DNA of 56,264 nucleotides from an uncultured Vicinamibacterales bacterium (GTDB lineage Bacteria; Acidobacteriota; Vicinamibacteria; Vicinamibacterales; 2-12-FULL-66-21). The position numbers and the translations under genes are program-made. Shown in pieces: positions 16,371-26,127 of this stretch. The stretch covers positions 1,849 through 58,112 of the forward strand of contig CAYZBZ010000003.1 of the NCBI GenBank assembly GCA_964476725.1, given 5' to 3'. The notes below the pieces were generated by a model. It searched no databases. It was given only the letters and a program-made list of their open reading frames with translations, and was not told the origin of the DNA. Within the stretch, counting starts at the first letter, position 1; each line of letters begins with the position of its first letter.

Positions 16371-17821
16371 TGCGAAGGACCTTCCTGATCGCGTGCTGCT
16401 GGATCTCGTGCGTGTTGGCGGCGCCGGCACAAAACACGGCGAGACAGCCACGGCCCGCTCCCTCCAACCTGCCGGAAGCAAATCCGTATTCTTCGGCGGC
16501 GGACGTGGCAATCGGGCGACGGCTGTACAACGGCCGGTGCGGCCACTGTCACGGGCAGGAGGGCGAAGGCGGCCGCGGGGCCGTCTTGAACACGGGGCGG
16601 TTCCGCCACGGCGGCTCCGATCGCGAATTGTTCATGACGATCCGAAACGGCGTCCCCAACACCGAGATGCCCGGCGCGTTCAACCTTCCCGAGATCGAAG
16701 TCTGGCGCATGGTGGCCCACGTGCAGCAACTCGGCCGGCAGGGAGCGCCGGAGCCGATCCTGGGCGACGCCGCGGCTGGCGCGATCATCTATCAGAAGAA
16801 CGGCTGCGCCACGTGTCATCGCATCGACGGACAGGGAGGCTTCCTCGCGCCCGACCTGACCGACATCGGCGCAAGGCGCGCCGTGCGGCATTTGCGCGAA
16901 TCTGTCCTCGACCCGAACGCGGATATTCCCCTCGACTATCGGTCGGTTTCGGTGATCGACGTAAAGGGGAAGAGCGCCAGCGGCATTCATCTGAACGAGG
17001 ACGAGTATTCGGTGCACTTGCGCGATCTGAGCGGAAACCTGCGATCGTTCATGAAAAGCGAGCTTGCAGAGATCACGTTGCCCAGGCCGTCGCTGATGCC
17101 GGCCTATCCCTCGTTGTCGGCGACGGATCTTGAAAACCTGGTCGCATACCTCAGTTCTCGACGACCAGAGGGGAGCAGCGGCAGCGTGGTTCTGAAGCAA
17201 CCGGCCGAGAATGAGGTCTGGACGTTCGATCGGCTCGAGAACGTCGGGGGCCATAAGACGACTGTGCTGGGCGAGCCCAGAGTCATCGATTCGCCCGTGG
17301 GCCGGGCGGTCGAGTTCGACGGCGTCGATGATGCGCTCTTCATTGACAACCACCCTCTCGCGGGCGCCAGCGCCTTCACATGGGAAGCCATCTTCCGGCC
17401 CGACGGTGGCCAGCGGGAGCAGCGGTGGTTTCATCTCAGCGAGCAGGATCCCGCGACCGGCGCCGACACGGACAACCGGATGCTCTTTGAAATCCGTGTC
17501 GCCGATGACACCTGGTTCCTTGACAGCTACAACCAATCGGGCGTCGACAGCAAGGCGCTGATGAACAGGACGGCGCTGCATCCTCTCGGCGTCTGGTACC
17601 ACGTCGCCTCGGTGTACGACGGCAAGGAATTCAGCAACTACGTCAACGGTGTTCGGGAGGGGGCGGCCGAACTGCAGCTTGCTCCTCACGGTCCGGGCCA
17701 TGCATCGGTGGGCGTGCGGATCAACAAGGTGTTCTATTTCAAGGGGGCCGTTCGCCTGGCGCGGTTCACGCGCAAAGCGCTCTTGCCGTCGGAGTTCCTG
17801 AGGCCGCCGGCAAAGCCCTGA
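16370..17821 (+). CDS. Dihaem c-type cytochrome fused to a C-terminal LamG/concanavalin-like domain, exported
   Basis: Start set to ATG 16370, which overlaps the PQQ-DH stop (TGATG). Signal peptide MRRTFLIACCWISCVLAAPAQ. CGHCHG ... NTEMPG and CATCHRIDGQGG ... SLMPAY give two CxxCH motifs with Met ligands. C-terminal FDGVDDALFIDNHPL...FTWEAIF...WYHVASVYDGKEFSNYVNGV matches the Laminin_G_3 pattern. Confidence 0.8.
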   Translation: MRRTFLIACCWISCVLAAPAQNTARQPRPAPSNLPEANPYSSAADVAIGRRLYNGRCGHCHGQEGEGGRGAVLNTGRFRHGGSDRELFMTIRNGVPNTEMPGAFNLPEIEVWRMVAHVQQLGRQGAPEPILGDAAAGAIIYQKNGCATCHRIDGQGGFLAPDLTDIGARRAVRHLRESVLDPNADIPLDYRSVSVIDVKGKSASGIHLNEDEYSVHLRDLSGNLRSFMKSELAEITLPRPSLMPAYPSLSATDLENLVAYLSSRRPEGSSGSVVLKQPAENEVWTFDRLENVGGHKTTVLGEPRVIDSPVGRAVEFDGVDDALFIDNHPLAGASAFTWEAIFRPDGGQREQRWFHLSEQDPATGADTDNRMLFEIRVADDTWFLDSYNQSGVDSKALMNRTALHPLGVWYHVASVYDGKEFSNYVNGVREGAAELQLAPHGPGHASVGVRINKVFYFKGAVRLARFTRKALLPSEFLRPPAKP

Positions 17822-17875
17822 TGCGAAGGAATCGTGCTTCAGGCCGGTGAAGGTTGAGCGTCAGGCTGGGCCGGC

Positions 17876-18325
17876 CTACCCGCCGGTCAGGATGTAGCGC
17901 TCCAGCGACGTGATCGTGAACTGCTGCTCGTCGAGCACGGCACGCACCACGTCCCCGATCGAGATGACGCCCACCAGGCGCCCCTTATCGAGGACGGGCA
18001 GATGGCGTACGTGCTTCTCGGTCATCAGCGCCATGCACTGATCGGCCGTCCAGCCCGGTTCCACGCAGATCACGTCGGTCGTCATGATCTCGCCGACCAG
18101 CGTGTCCTTCGACATCTTGCCGTGGAGCACGACCCTCCGGGCGTAGTCACGCTCGGAGAAGATGCCCTTCACCTCCGACCCCGACGCGTCCGACCCCGAC
18201 ACGACGAGCACGGCGCCGATGTTCCTGGCTGCCATCAGCTCGAGCGCATCGTAGACCGTATCCTCAGGCTTGACGGCGTAGACGTCCGGTTTGGCGGAGA
18301 GCATTTGCCGCACGGTGGTCATCAT
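17876..18325 (-). CDS. CBS-pair domain protein
   Basis: 149-aa ORF with two CBS repeats (VYAVKPEDTVYDALELMAARNIGAVLVV; VICVEPGWTADQCMALMTEKHVRHLPVLD). Confidence 0.85.
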   Translation of the reverse strand: MMTTVRQMLSAKPDVYAVKPEDTVYDALELMAARNIGAVLVVSGSDASGSEVKGIFSERDYARRVVLHGKMSKDTLVGEIMTTDVICVEPGWTADQCMALMTEKHVRHLPVLDKGRLVGVISIGDVVRAVLDEQQFTITSLERYILTGG

Positions 18326-18541
18326 AGTGAGTCCTCCAGGAGCGCGGTGGCGCCTTACGGAGATAGCACCTTTTGCACCTGGGCTGCAAGGACCTCAACG
18401 CGCCGGCCGGCGGGCGTCGCGAACCTCCTTCCCCACCTGACGGCCAGCGTCGATTGCCCGGGTGAGGTATAACAGGGCCATACGGAGAAGAATCTGCCCG
18501 CATCCGCCGACCTCGTCCGTCGCTCTTCGAAGGAGCCTCCA

Positions 18542-19570
18542 ATGACCTCGCCTGACGACACCGCCAACGGTCCGTTCGGTCCCATCTCGCGGCGTTCTGC
18601 GATAGGTTCGGCGCTGCTGGCTGGCGCTGCCTTTCTCGCGCCCGCCAGCGTCGGCGCTCAGGATGGGCGCGTGCCGGGCTCCGCAGCACCGGCGCCGCGG
18701 AAGCGGTACGACATGAAGAAGTCGATCAACCTCTGGGCGTTTCCCTATCCGCAAAAGATGACGCTGGTCCAGTGCCTGCAACTGGCGAAGGACGCTGGCT
18801 TCGACGGCATCGAGCTGAACTACGACCTCGACTCGGACATCTCCCCCAAGGCCGGAACCCCGGAATTCCAGGAGATCCGTCGCGCAGCCGACCGGATCGG
18901 GATCGCCATCAGCGGACTCTGCTCGTTCCTCTTCTGGCCCTATCCGCTGACGAGCAATGACGAGGCGAAGCGCAGCCGGGGCCTCGAACTTGCCGGCCGC
19001 ATGGCACACGCTGCCCACGACCTGGGCACGGAAAACGTGCTGGTGGTCCCGGGAGCGGTGCACATTCCCTGGCGCGACGACCACGAACCCGTCCGCAACG
19101 ACGTCTGCGATCGCCGGGCGCGGGAAGCGGTCGGCGCGCTGGTGAAGACCGCCGAGACGCTGAAGGTCCACCTGAACATCGAGAACATCTTCTTCAACGG
19201 GTATCTCATGTCGCCGATGGAGATGAACGGGTTCGTCGACAGCTTCGACAGCCCGCACGTGCGCGTCCATTTCGACACCGGGAACATCATGCTCTTCCAG
19301 CACCCCGAGCACTGGATTCCAATCCTGGGGCAGCGGATCCGCAACACTCATTTCAAGGAATTCACGAAGAAGGGCACCGACCACTCCCTGGAGTCGTTCC
19401 GGCCGCTCCTGGATGGGACGACCAACTGGCCGGCGGTCATGGACGGTCTGGAGGCTATCGGGTATCACGGCTACTGCACGTTCGAATACTTCCATCCGTA
19501 CGCGCATTATCCCGAAGCCCTCGTCTACCAGACCTCCGACTCGCTGGACCGGATCCTCGGCAGGAAGTGA
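18542..19570 (+). CDS. Sugar phosphate isomerase/epimerase (xylose-isomerase-like TIM barrel), Tat signal
   Basis: RBS GAAGGAG. Leader ISRRSAIGSALLAGAAFLAPASVGAQ. Strings GFDGIELNY, VLVVPGAVH, LNIENIFFNG and HFDTGNIM. Confidence 0.85.
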   Translation: MTSPDDTANGPFGPISRRSAIGSALLAGAAFLAPASVGAQDGRVPGSAAPAPRKRYDMKKSINLWAFPYPQKMTLVQCLQLAKDAGFDGIELNYDLDSDISPKAGTPEFQEIRRAADRIGIAISGLCSFLFWPYPLTSNDEAKRSRGLELAGRMAHAAHDLGTENVLVVPGAVHIPWRDDHEPVRNDVCDRRAREAVGALVKTAETLKVHLNIENIFFNGYLMSPMEMNGFVDSFDSPHVRVHFDTGNIMLFQHPEHWIPILGQRIRNTHFKEFTKKGTDHSLESFRPLLDGTTNWPAVMDGLEAIGYHGYCTFEYFHPYAHYPEALVYQTSDSLDRILGRK

Positions 19571-19600
19571 CACCGATCTGCGGTATATTCCGCGTCAGAG

Positions 19601-20797
<1,197 letters not shown>

Positions 20798-20863
20798 ACG
20801 AGTGGTGGCGGTGCCAGCCGTTTCTTCGACACCCGATCGACTATCGCCGAGCGCGCGACGAAC

Positions 20864-22018
20864 ATGAGCCCCAACCGTTTTCGCTTGTTGATCGTTTGTC
20901 TGCTGGGCGGACTCGTCGCTGACGCCTCATTGGACTCTGACCGGTTGCTGGCGGCTTCTCAAGCTGACGCAGGAAAGGCCTCGATTCAGGAGAGACTGAA
21001 AGTTGTCAGGGCCGACCTCTTCTCCCGCACGGAACACATCAACGAAGACATCCGGGAGCTGAAAGAAATCCTCGCACTCGATCCCCGCTCGGCGGAGGGG
21101 CATCTGCTTTTGGGAATCGCCTACCGAAGCCTGGGTTCCCAGGAACTGATGGGGGAAGCCGTCGCGGAGCTGCGTCAGGCGCTGGAATTGAATCCCGGTT
21201 TTGCTCCGGCCCGCTTCTATCTGGCCCACATCTATCTCGATCTCGGCCGTGCCGGAAGAGCGCGCGAAGAACTGGAAGCCGCTTTGGTGCAGGTCCCGGG
21301 AAATCCTCAATTTCTTGCTTTGCTGGGCGAGGCGGAGCGACAACTGAAGAATCCCCGCCGCTCTGTGGAGGTCACCCGGCAGGCGCTGCAGGCTGACGAG
21401 TCCTTCGCTCAGGCTCGCTACTATCTCGGCCTGGCTCTGTTTGACCTTGGCCGGCGCGACGAGGCCATCAAAGAACTGGAGCGGGTCGTTCAGTCCGGTC
21501 CGAATGTTGTAGAAGCGTATCTCAGCCTTGGCACGGCATATGTCGAGGCGCGGCGTTTCGATGACGCGTTGCAGACCCTCAGCAAGGCGACCCTCATCGA
21601 TCCGTCCCGTGCAGACATTCGGATCCAGCTGGCTCGCGCGTATCGCTCGAAGGGTTTGCTGGTCAAAGCCGACGAGCAGCTCGAGCTCGCCGCGCCAAAA
21701 GGACGGGCGACGCTGGCCCCTTCCTATTACCAGCACCAGCAGGTGGAATTCGATCTCTATCTGGAGAAGGGTCTCGTCAAAATGCAGCGGGGCCAGCTCG
21801 CGGCGGCCGCTGAAGCGTTCAAGAAGGTTCTTGAAATGGATCCGAACCACGGTCCCACCAACCGCTACCTGGCGGAAGTGTATCTGCTGCGGGGTTTGTA
21901 TACTCAGTCCTTCGAGCACGCGGCACGGGCGCAGAAACTTGGATTCCCTCTGCCGGAAGACAAGCGCAAGTTGCTTCAGGAAGGACTTCGCAGGAAGAAA
22001 ACCGGAGGACGGGAGTGA
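20864..22018 (+). CDS. Tetratricopeptide (TPR) repeat protein, exported
   Basis: 384-aa ORF with a signal segment and many 34-aa TPR units (AEGHLLLGIAYRSLG, ARFYLAHIYLDLG, ARYYLGLALFDLG, AYLSLGTAYVEAR ...). Confidence 0.85.
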   Translation: MSPNRFRLLIVCLLGGLVADASLDSDRLLAASQADAGKASIQERLKVVRADLFSRTEHINEDIRELKEILALDPRSAEGHLLLGIAYRSLGSQELMGEAVAELRQALELNPGFAPARFYLAHIYLDLGRAGRAREELEAALVQVPGNPQFLALLGEAERQLKNPRRSVEVTRQALQADESFAQARYYLGLALFDLGRRDEAIKELERVVQSGPNVVEAYLSLGTAYVEARRFDDALQTLSKATLIDPSRADIRIQLARAYRSKGLLVKADEQLELAAPKGRATLAPSYYQHQQVEFDLYLEKGLVKMQRGQLAAAAEAFKKVLEMDPNHGPTNRYLAEVYLLRGLYTQSFEHAARAQKLGFPLPEDKRKLLQEGLRRKKTGGRE

Positions 22019-23673
22019 CCGGGCTCAGATGGCTCGCCCCTTTGCTCTTTGTTCTTGCACCGGCTTCCCTGTCAGGTCAGGCGGGTGAAGCACGGCCCGA
22101 TCATCACGTGCAGTTCACGGATGTCACGGCCAAATCGAAAATCGATTTCGTTCACACGTCGGGGGCCTCTCCTGAGAAATACATGGTAGAGACCTTTGGT
22201 TCTGGTGTCGCCTGGATTGATTACGACAACGACGGCTTTCCTGACCTGTATTTCGTCAATGGCGCCCCCGGCGCCGCCAACGCCCTCTACCGCAACAACA
22301 GAGATGGCACGTTCAGCGACGTCACCCAGAAGGCCGGAGTGGCCGGCAATGCCGCCGCCAGGGGCGTCTACAAAACCGGCGTGGCAGTCGGAGATTTCGA
22401 CAACAACGGCTATCTCGACCTCTATGTCACCGCCTTCGGTCCTAACATCCTCTACCGGAACGACGGAGACGGCACCTTCACGGATGTGACGTCCTCGGCC
22501 GGCGTCGCCGGTGGCGCCGCGGAGTGGAGCACCAGCACCGGTTTCTTCGATTTCGATCGTGACGGGAATCTGGACCTCTACGTCGTCAATTACCTCGACT
22601 ATCGGCTGGACGACAACCCCCACTGTGGACTCCGGAAACAGGGATATCGGATGTATTGCCATCCGACGATGTTCGACGGGTCGGCGGACCGGTTGTTTCA
22701 CAACAACGGCAACGGCACGTTTACCGATGTCTCGCGACAAGCCGGCATCGCCAATCCAGCCGGAAAGGGCCTGGGAGTGACATTCTGCGATTTTGACCGC
22801 GACGGCGACACGGACATCTACGTCGCGAACGACACCGTCCGCAATTTCCTCTACCGCAACAACGGTGACGGCACCTTTCTGGACGTGGCCTACGGCGCAG
22901 GAGTGGGGTTCGACCCCAACGGCAAGCCGCAGGCCGGCATGGGCACCGACTGCGCGGATTTTGACGGGAATGGATTTCCAGACATCTTCGTCACCAACTT
23001 TTCGGAGGAACTGAACACTCTCTACCAGAACCGGGGAGATGGGATCTTTGAAGATGTCTCGGCTAAGGCGGGCCTGGGTTCGGGTTATCTTCCGCTGGGG
23101 TTCGGGACGAAGATGTTCGATTTCGACAACGACGGCGACCTGGACATCCACGTCACGAATGGACACGTCATCGACAACGTCAAGCTGTATCAGTCCAACC
23201 TCACGTATGCCCAGAAGGACTTGCTCTATGAAAACCTGGGCGGCCGGTTCCGGGATGTGTCCGACCAGAGTGGGCCCGCGCTCCAGGCAGAGCGTGTCGG
23301 CCGGGGACTTGCCGTTGCGGACTTCGACAACGACGGGAATCTGGACGTGGTCATTTCCAGCCTGGGACAGCGGCCGGTCGTGTTGAGAAATCAGGGAGTG
23401 CGGGCAGGCAACTGGATCATGATCCGGGCAAAAGGCAGAAAGAGCAACTCGTTCGGTCTGGGGGCAACCGTCAAGCTGGAGACGTCAGAGGGACTGCAGG
23501 TCAGGGAGATCAACAACGTCGCCAGCTATCTCAGCAGCAACGATGTCCGCCTTCATTTCGGTCTGGGCGGGGCGAAGACAATTCAACGGATCGAAGTCCT
23601 GTGGCCGAGCGGCACACGGCAGGTCCTGAAAGACGTCGCCGTCAATCAGATCCTGCTCATCGAGGAACCGTGA
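22015..23673 (+). CDS. CRTAC1-family protein (FG-GAP/VCBS repeats + ASPIC/UnbV C-terminal domain)
   Basis: The GTG start overlaps the TPR stop (GTGA), with GGAGG upstream. Repeated DYDNDGFPDLYFVN, DFDNNGYLDLYVT, DFDRDGNLDLYVVN, DFDRDGDTDIYVAN, DFDGNGFPDIFVTN, DFDNDGDLDIHVTN and DFDNDGNLDVVIS. UnbV-like tail GLGATVKLE ... YLSSNDVRLHFGLG ... IEVLWPSG. Confidence 0.9.
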   Translation: MTGLRWLAPLLFVLAPASLSGQAGEARPDHHVQFTDVTAKSKIDFVHTSGASPEKYMVETFGSGVAWIDYDNDGFPDLYFVNGAPGAANALYRNNRDGTFSDVTQKAGVAGNAAARGVYKTGVAVGDFDNNGYLDLYVTAFGPNILYRNDGDGTFTDVTSSAGVAGGAAEWSTSTGFFDFDRDGNLDLYVVNYLDYRLDDNPHCGLRKQGYRMYCHPTMFDGSADRLFHNNGNGTFTDVSRQAGIANPAGKGLGVTFCDFDRDGDTDIYVANDTVRNFLYRNNGDGTFLDVAYGAGVGFDPNGKPQAGMGTDCADFDGNGFPDIFVTNFSEELNTLYQNRGDGIFEDVSAKAGLGSGYLPLGFGTKMFDFDNDGDLDIHVTNGHVIDNVKLYQSNLTYAQKDLLYENLGGRFRDVSDQSGPALQAERVGRGLAVADFDNDGNLDVVISSLGQRPVVLRNQGVRAGNWIMIRAKGRKSNSFGLGATVKLETSEGLQVREINNVASYLSSNDVRLHFGLGGAKTIQRIEVLWPSGTRQVLKDVAVNQILLIEEP

Positions 23674-23796
23674 GTGCGGCGTATCGCCGCATCACCTATA
23701 GCCACGGCCGAGCAACATTCTGGCGCCGGCGTCGAACGCTCGAAGATCTCGTCCTCAGGAAGTTCCACCAGTGGCCTCACACCGGAGCCTGAATTC

Positions 23797-24879
23797 ATGA
23801 GAATCCGTACGCTGTTCGCGTTGTTGCTCGGCTCGCTGGCGCTGTCAGCCGTTCACGTCGCCGATACGAGCGTGAGCTACCCGGCGAAGGCTGGCGCCGG
23901 CCAGGGGCGGCACATCGTCTTTCTCGCGGGCGACGAGGAGTATCGAAGCGAAGAGGCGCTGCCGATGCTGGCCAAGATTCTGAGCCAGCGTCACGGCTTC
24001 AAATGCACGGTGCTGTTCTCCGTCGATCCGGATGGCACCATCAATCCGAAGAGCTCGAAGTCGCTGTCCGATTCCACTGCGCTCGACACCGCGGACGGCG
24101 TCGTCATGTTGCTCCGCTTCCGCGCCTGGCCGGACGAAGACATGGCGCGGTTCGACAACCTGCTGCGAACCGGGAAGCCAATCGTCGCGTTGCGGACCAG
24201 CACGCATGCGTTCAACGGGTTTCCAAAGGGGAGCCGGTGGGAGACGTGGAACTACAACAACCAGGGTGGTTTCGGAAAGCGCGTGCTCGGCGAGACCTGG
24301 CTCACGCATTGGGGTAAACACAAGGTCGAGGCCACCCGCGGCGGGATCGAAGCGTCGGAACGCGGGAACCCCCTGCTCCGCGGCATCACCAGTATCTTCG
24401 GCGACACGGACGTCTACGAGGCCTATCCTCCGTCTGACGCGACCATCCTCGTGCGCGGCCTGGTCCTGAATGGGATGACGCCCGACGCGGCGCCGGCCGA
24501 CTACCGGAAGGTTCGCGCCACCGACAAACAGGAGCAGGGCATCAACGACCCGCCGATGCCAGTGGTATGGACGCGCCTGAACAAGAACGCCAACGGCACG
24601 GCGAATCGGATTCTGACGTCGACGTTGGGATCGGCGACCGATCTCGAGAACGAAGGACTGCGCCGGCTCGTGGTCAATGCCGTCTACTGGGGACTCGGCC
24701 TCAACGTCCCGGAGAGGGCGGACGTGACCTACGTCGACGAATACGTTCCGTCGTTCTACGGCTTCGACGGCTTTCGCAAAGGGCTGCACGCGTCGGATTT
24801 CGAGCTCGGCAAGAAGGTGCCTGGTGAGCCGCTGCCGAGGCCGGTACCCGGCGCTGGCCGAGGTGGCGGCGAACGCTGA
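23797..24879 (+). CDS. Exported ThuA-like (class I glutamine-amidotransferase-like fold) protein
   Basis: Start set to ATG 23797 (MRIRTLFALLLGSLALSAVHVA signal). HIVFLAGDEEYRSEEALPMLAKIL, VVMLLRFRAWPDE and PIVALRTSTHAF resemble ThuA-domain proteins of Planctomycetes and Acidobacteria. The assignment is from memory. Confidence 0.55.
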   Translation: MRIRTLFALLLGSLALSAVHVADTSVSYPAKAGAGQGRHIVFLAGDEEYRSEEALPMLAKILSQRHGFKCTVLFSVDPDGTINPKSSKSLSDSTALDTADGVVMLLRFRAWPDEDMARFDNLLRTGKPIVALRTSTHAFNGFPKGSRWETWNYNNQGGFGKRVLGETWLTHWGKHKVEATRGGIEASERGNPLLRGITSIFGDTDVYEAYPPSDATILVRGLVLNGMTPDAAPADYRKVRATDKQEQGINDPPMPVVWTRLNKNANGTANRILTSTLGSATDLENEGLRRLVVNAVYWGLGLNVPERADVTYVDEYVPSFYGFDGFRKGLHASDFELGKKVPGEPLPRPVPGAGRGGGER

Positions 24880-25125
24880 CGGGCGGCACTTTTCCTGCGT
24901 GCGCTCGCCTCGAACCTGTTTGGCGCGCACGGGAATCTGGCGGCCCGACGGGATCTGAATCCGTCCGAGGGGGTCCTTCGGGAATGTGCGGTACCAGCCG
25001 TGGGGTTTGTCATTCCACGGCCGTACAAAGACGCGTCCATCCAGCACGACCGCCCAGATGCCGATGAAGCGATGTGGCTCGGTCCCGGCGCGGATGCCGA
25101 GGATCCGGCGGTTCATCGCAGGCAT
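24880..25125 (-). pseudogene. DUF2255-like fragment, probably C-terminally truncated
   Basis: HRFIGIWAVVLDGRVFVRPWNDKPHGWYRTFPKDPLGRIQIPSGRQIPVRAKQV matches the DUF2255 core (..IW.V..G.lyVRs....gWYR.....G.I..gG....V). The frame then runs with no stop antisense through the ThuA-like gene (listed ORF 23845-25125), and the usual C-terminal AY..KY segment is not seen. Confidence 0.4.
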
Positions 25126-25131
25126 CCAGGC

Positions 25132-25667
25132 TTACCGCCGCCCGAGAATGACCGGCACGACAATCGCGGCCACGGCCGTGAGGACCGCGACGAAATACAC
25201 AACGAGGATAGCCCCCGCGCGCAGGACCGCCTGGCTGGCTGTGACGCCATAGCCTCCTGCAAGTCCCTTTCGCTCTCGAACCCAAGACTTCGCAACTCCG
25301 AGACCGTCTCCTGGTCCTGCGTCTTGCTGTTCTTGAGTTCGACATGCAGGCCACCCGCTGGCAGGAGTGACGTCAACGCGAAATACGTCACGCTGAAGAT
25401 CAGGTACAGACGAATCGGCGGAACCCAGCGCGCGCGGCGCCCTTCGATCTGCTCGCGCGTCAGGAACCCGGGCGACAGCAGGAGCTTTCGGATGGACCGG
25501 AAGATCTTGCCGTCCACGTGCAGCACTTCGTGGGTGAGGTCGTGCAGGAAGTCGTGGAGGCGGGGATTCAGCGGGAGCGCCTTCTGTCCGCACTGCGCGC
25601 AGTACGCGCCGTGCAGGTCGGCGCCGCAGTTGTAGCAGACGATGGAGTCGGGCGCGGTGTGGTTCAT
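25132..25667 (-). pseudogene. DUF3667 zinc-ribbon membrane protein, apparently frameshifted near its C-terminus
   Basis: Start is ATG 25667. CYNCGADLHGAYCAQCGQ zinc ribbon and HDFLHDLTHEVLHVDGKIFRSIRKLLLSPGFLTREQIEGRRARWVPPIRLYL are the DUF3667 signature. After about 25240 this frame turns Arg/Ser-rich. An alternative frame encodes a clean terminal TM helix (AGAILVVYFVAVLTAVAAIVVPVILGRR, stop at 25132). The junction lies in the sequence cagccagccagg. Confidence 0.55.
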
Positions 25668-25692
25668 TGGACGATAGGCCGTATTAGCGCGT

Positions 25693-25708
25693 GTTCCGTT
25701 AACGGAAC
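25693..25708. promoter_or_regulatory. Perfect 16-bp palindrome GTTCCGTTAACGGAAC 26 nt upstream of the DUF3667 start (candidate operator)
   Basis: gttccgttaacggaac equals its own reverse complement. It is followed by the small hairpin gtcc-gttct-ggac (25709-25721). Confidence 0.5.
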
Positions 25709-26127
25709 GTCCGTTCTGGACGCCCTCGCCGGTCGCAGACCCGACGCCGAACGCGCCAGCGCCAGGATCGCATAGCCCCGGCGGACGACGAATTGTATCT
25801 GATGATTCCCGGTCGACGCCCTCGTGCTCTTCGCGCTGCGGGATCTTCTGCACGCGTCAGGATCTCGCGACGTTCCGTACCCTGTGGTCCGGATCCCGAC
25901 CGGGTCTGCAATCTTCAAGGTGGAGGAGGACGACCCTGCCGCAATATTGCCCCCGGGCGACAACAGGCCGCGCCGCGAGGATGTCGGCCGGTCGTGGGAT
26001 TCCTCCTTCCCAAATGCGAACACCGGGACGGGATCCGGGACGGCCGCGGCGTCGGCATAACTGCCAACATTGTCAATTAATTACGGCGTTTGCACGGACA
26101 TGGCAGGAGGTTCGCTACGTGGCTCGC

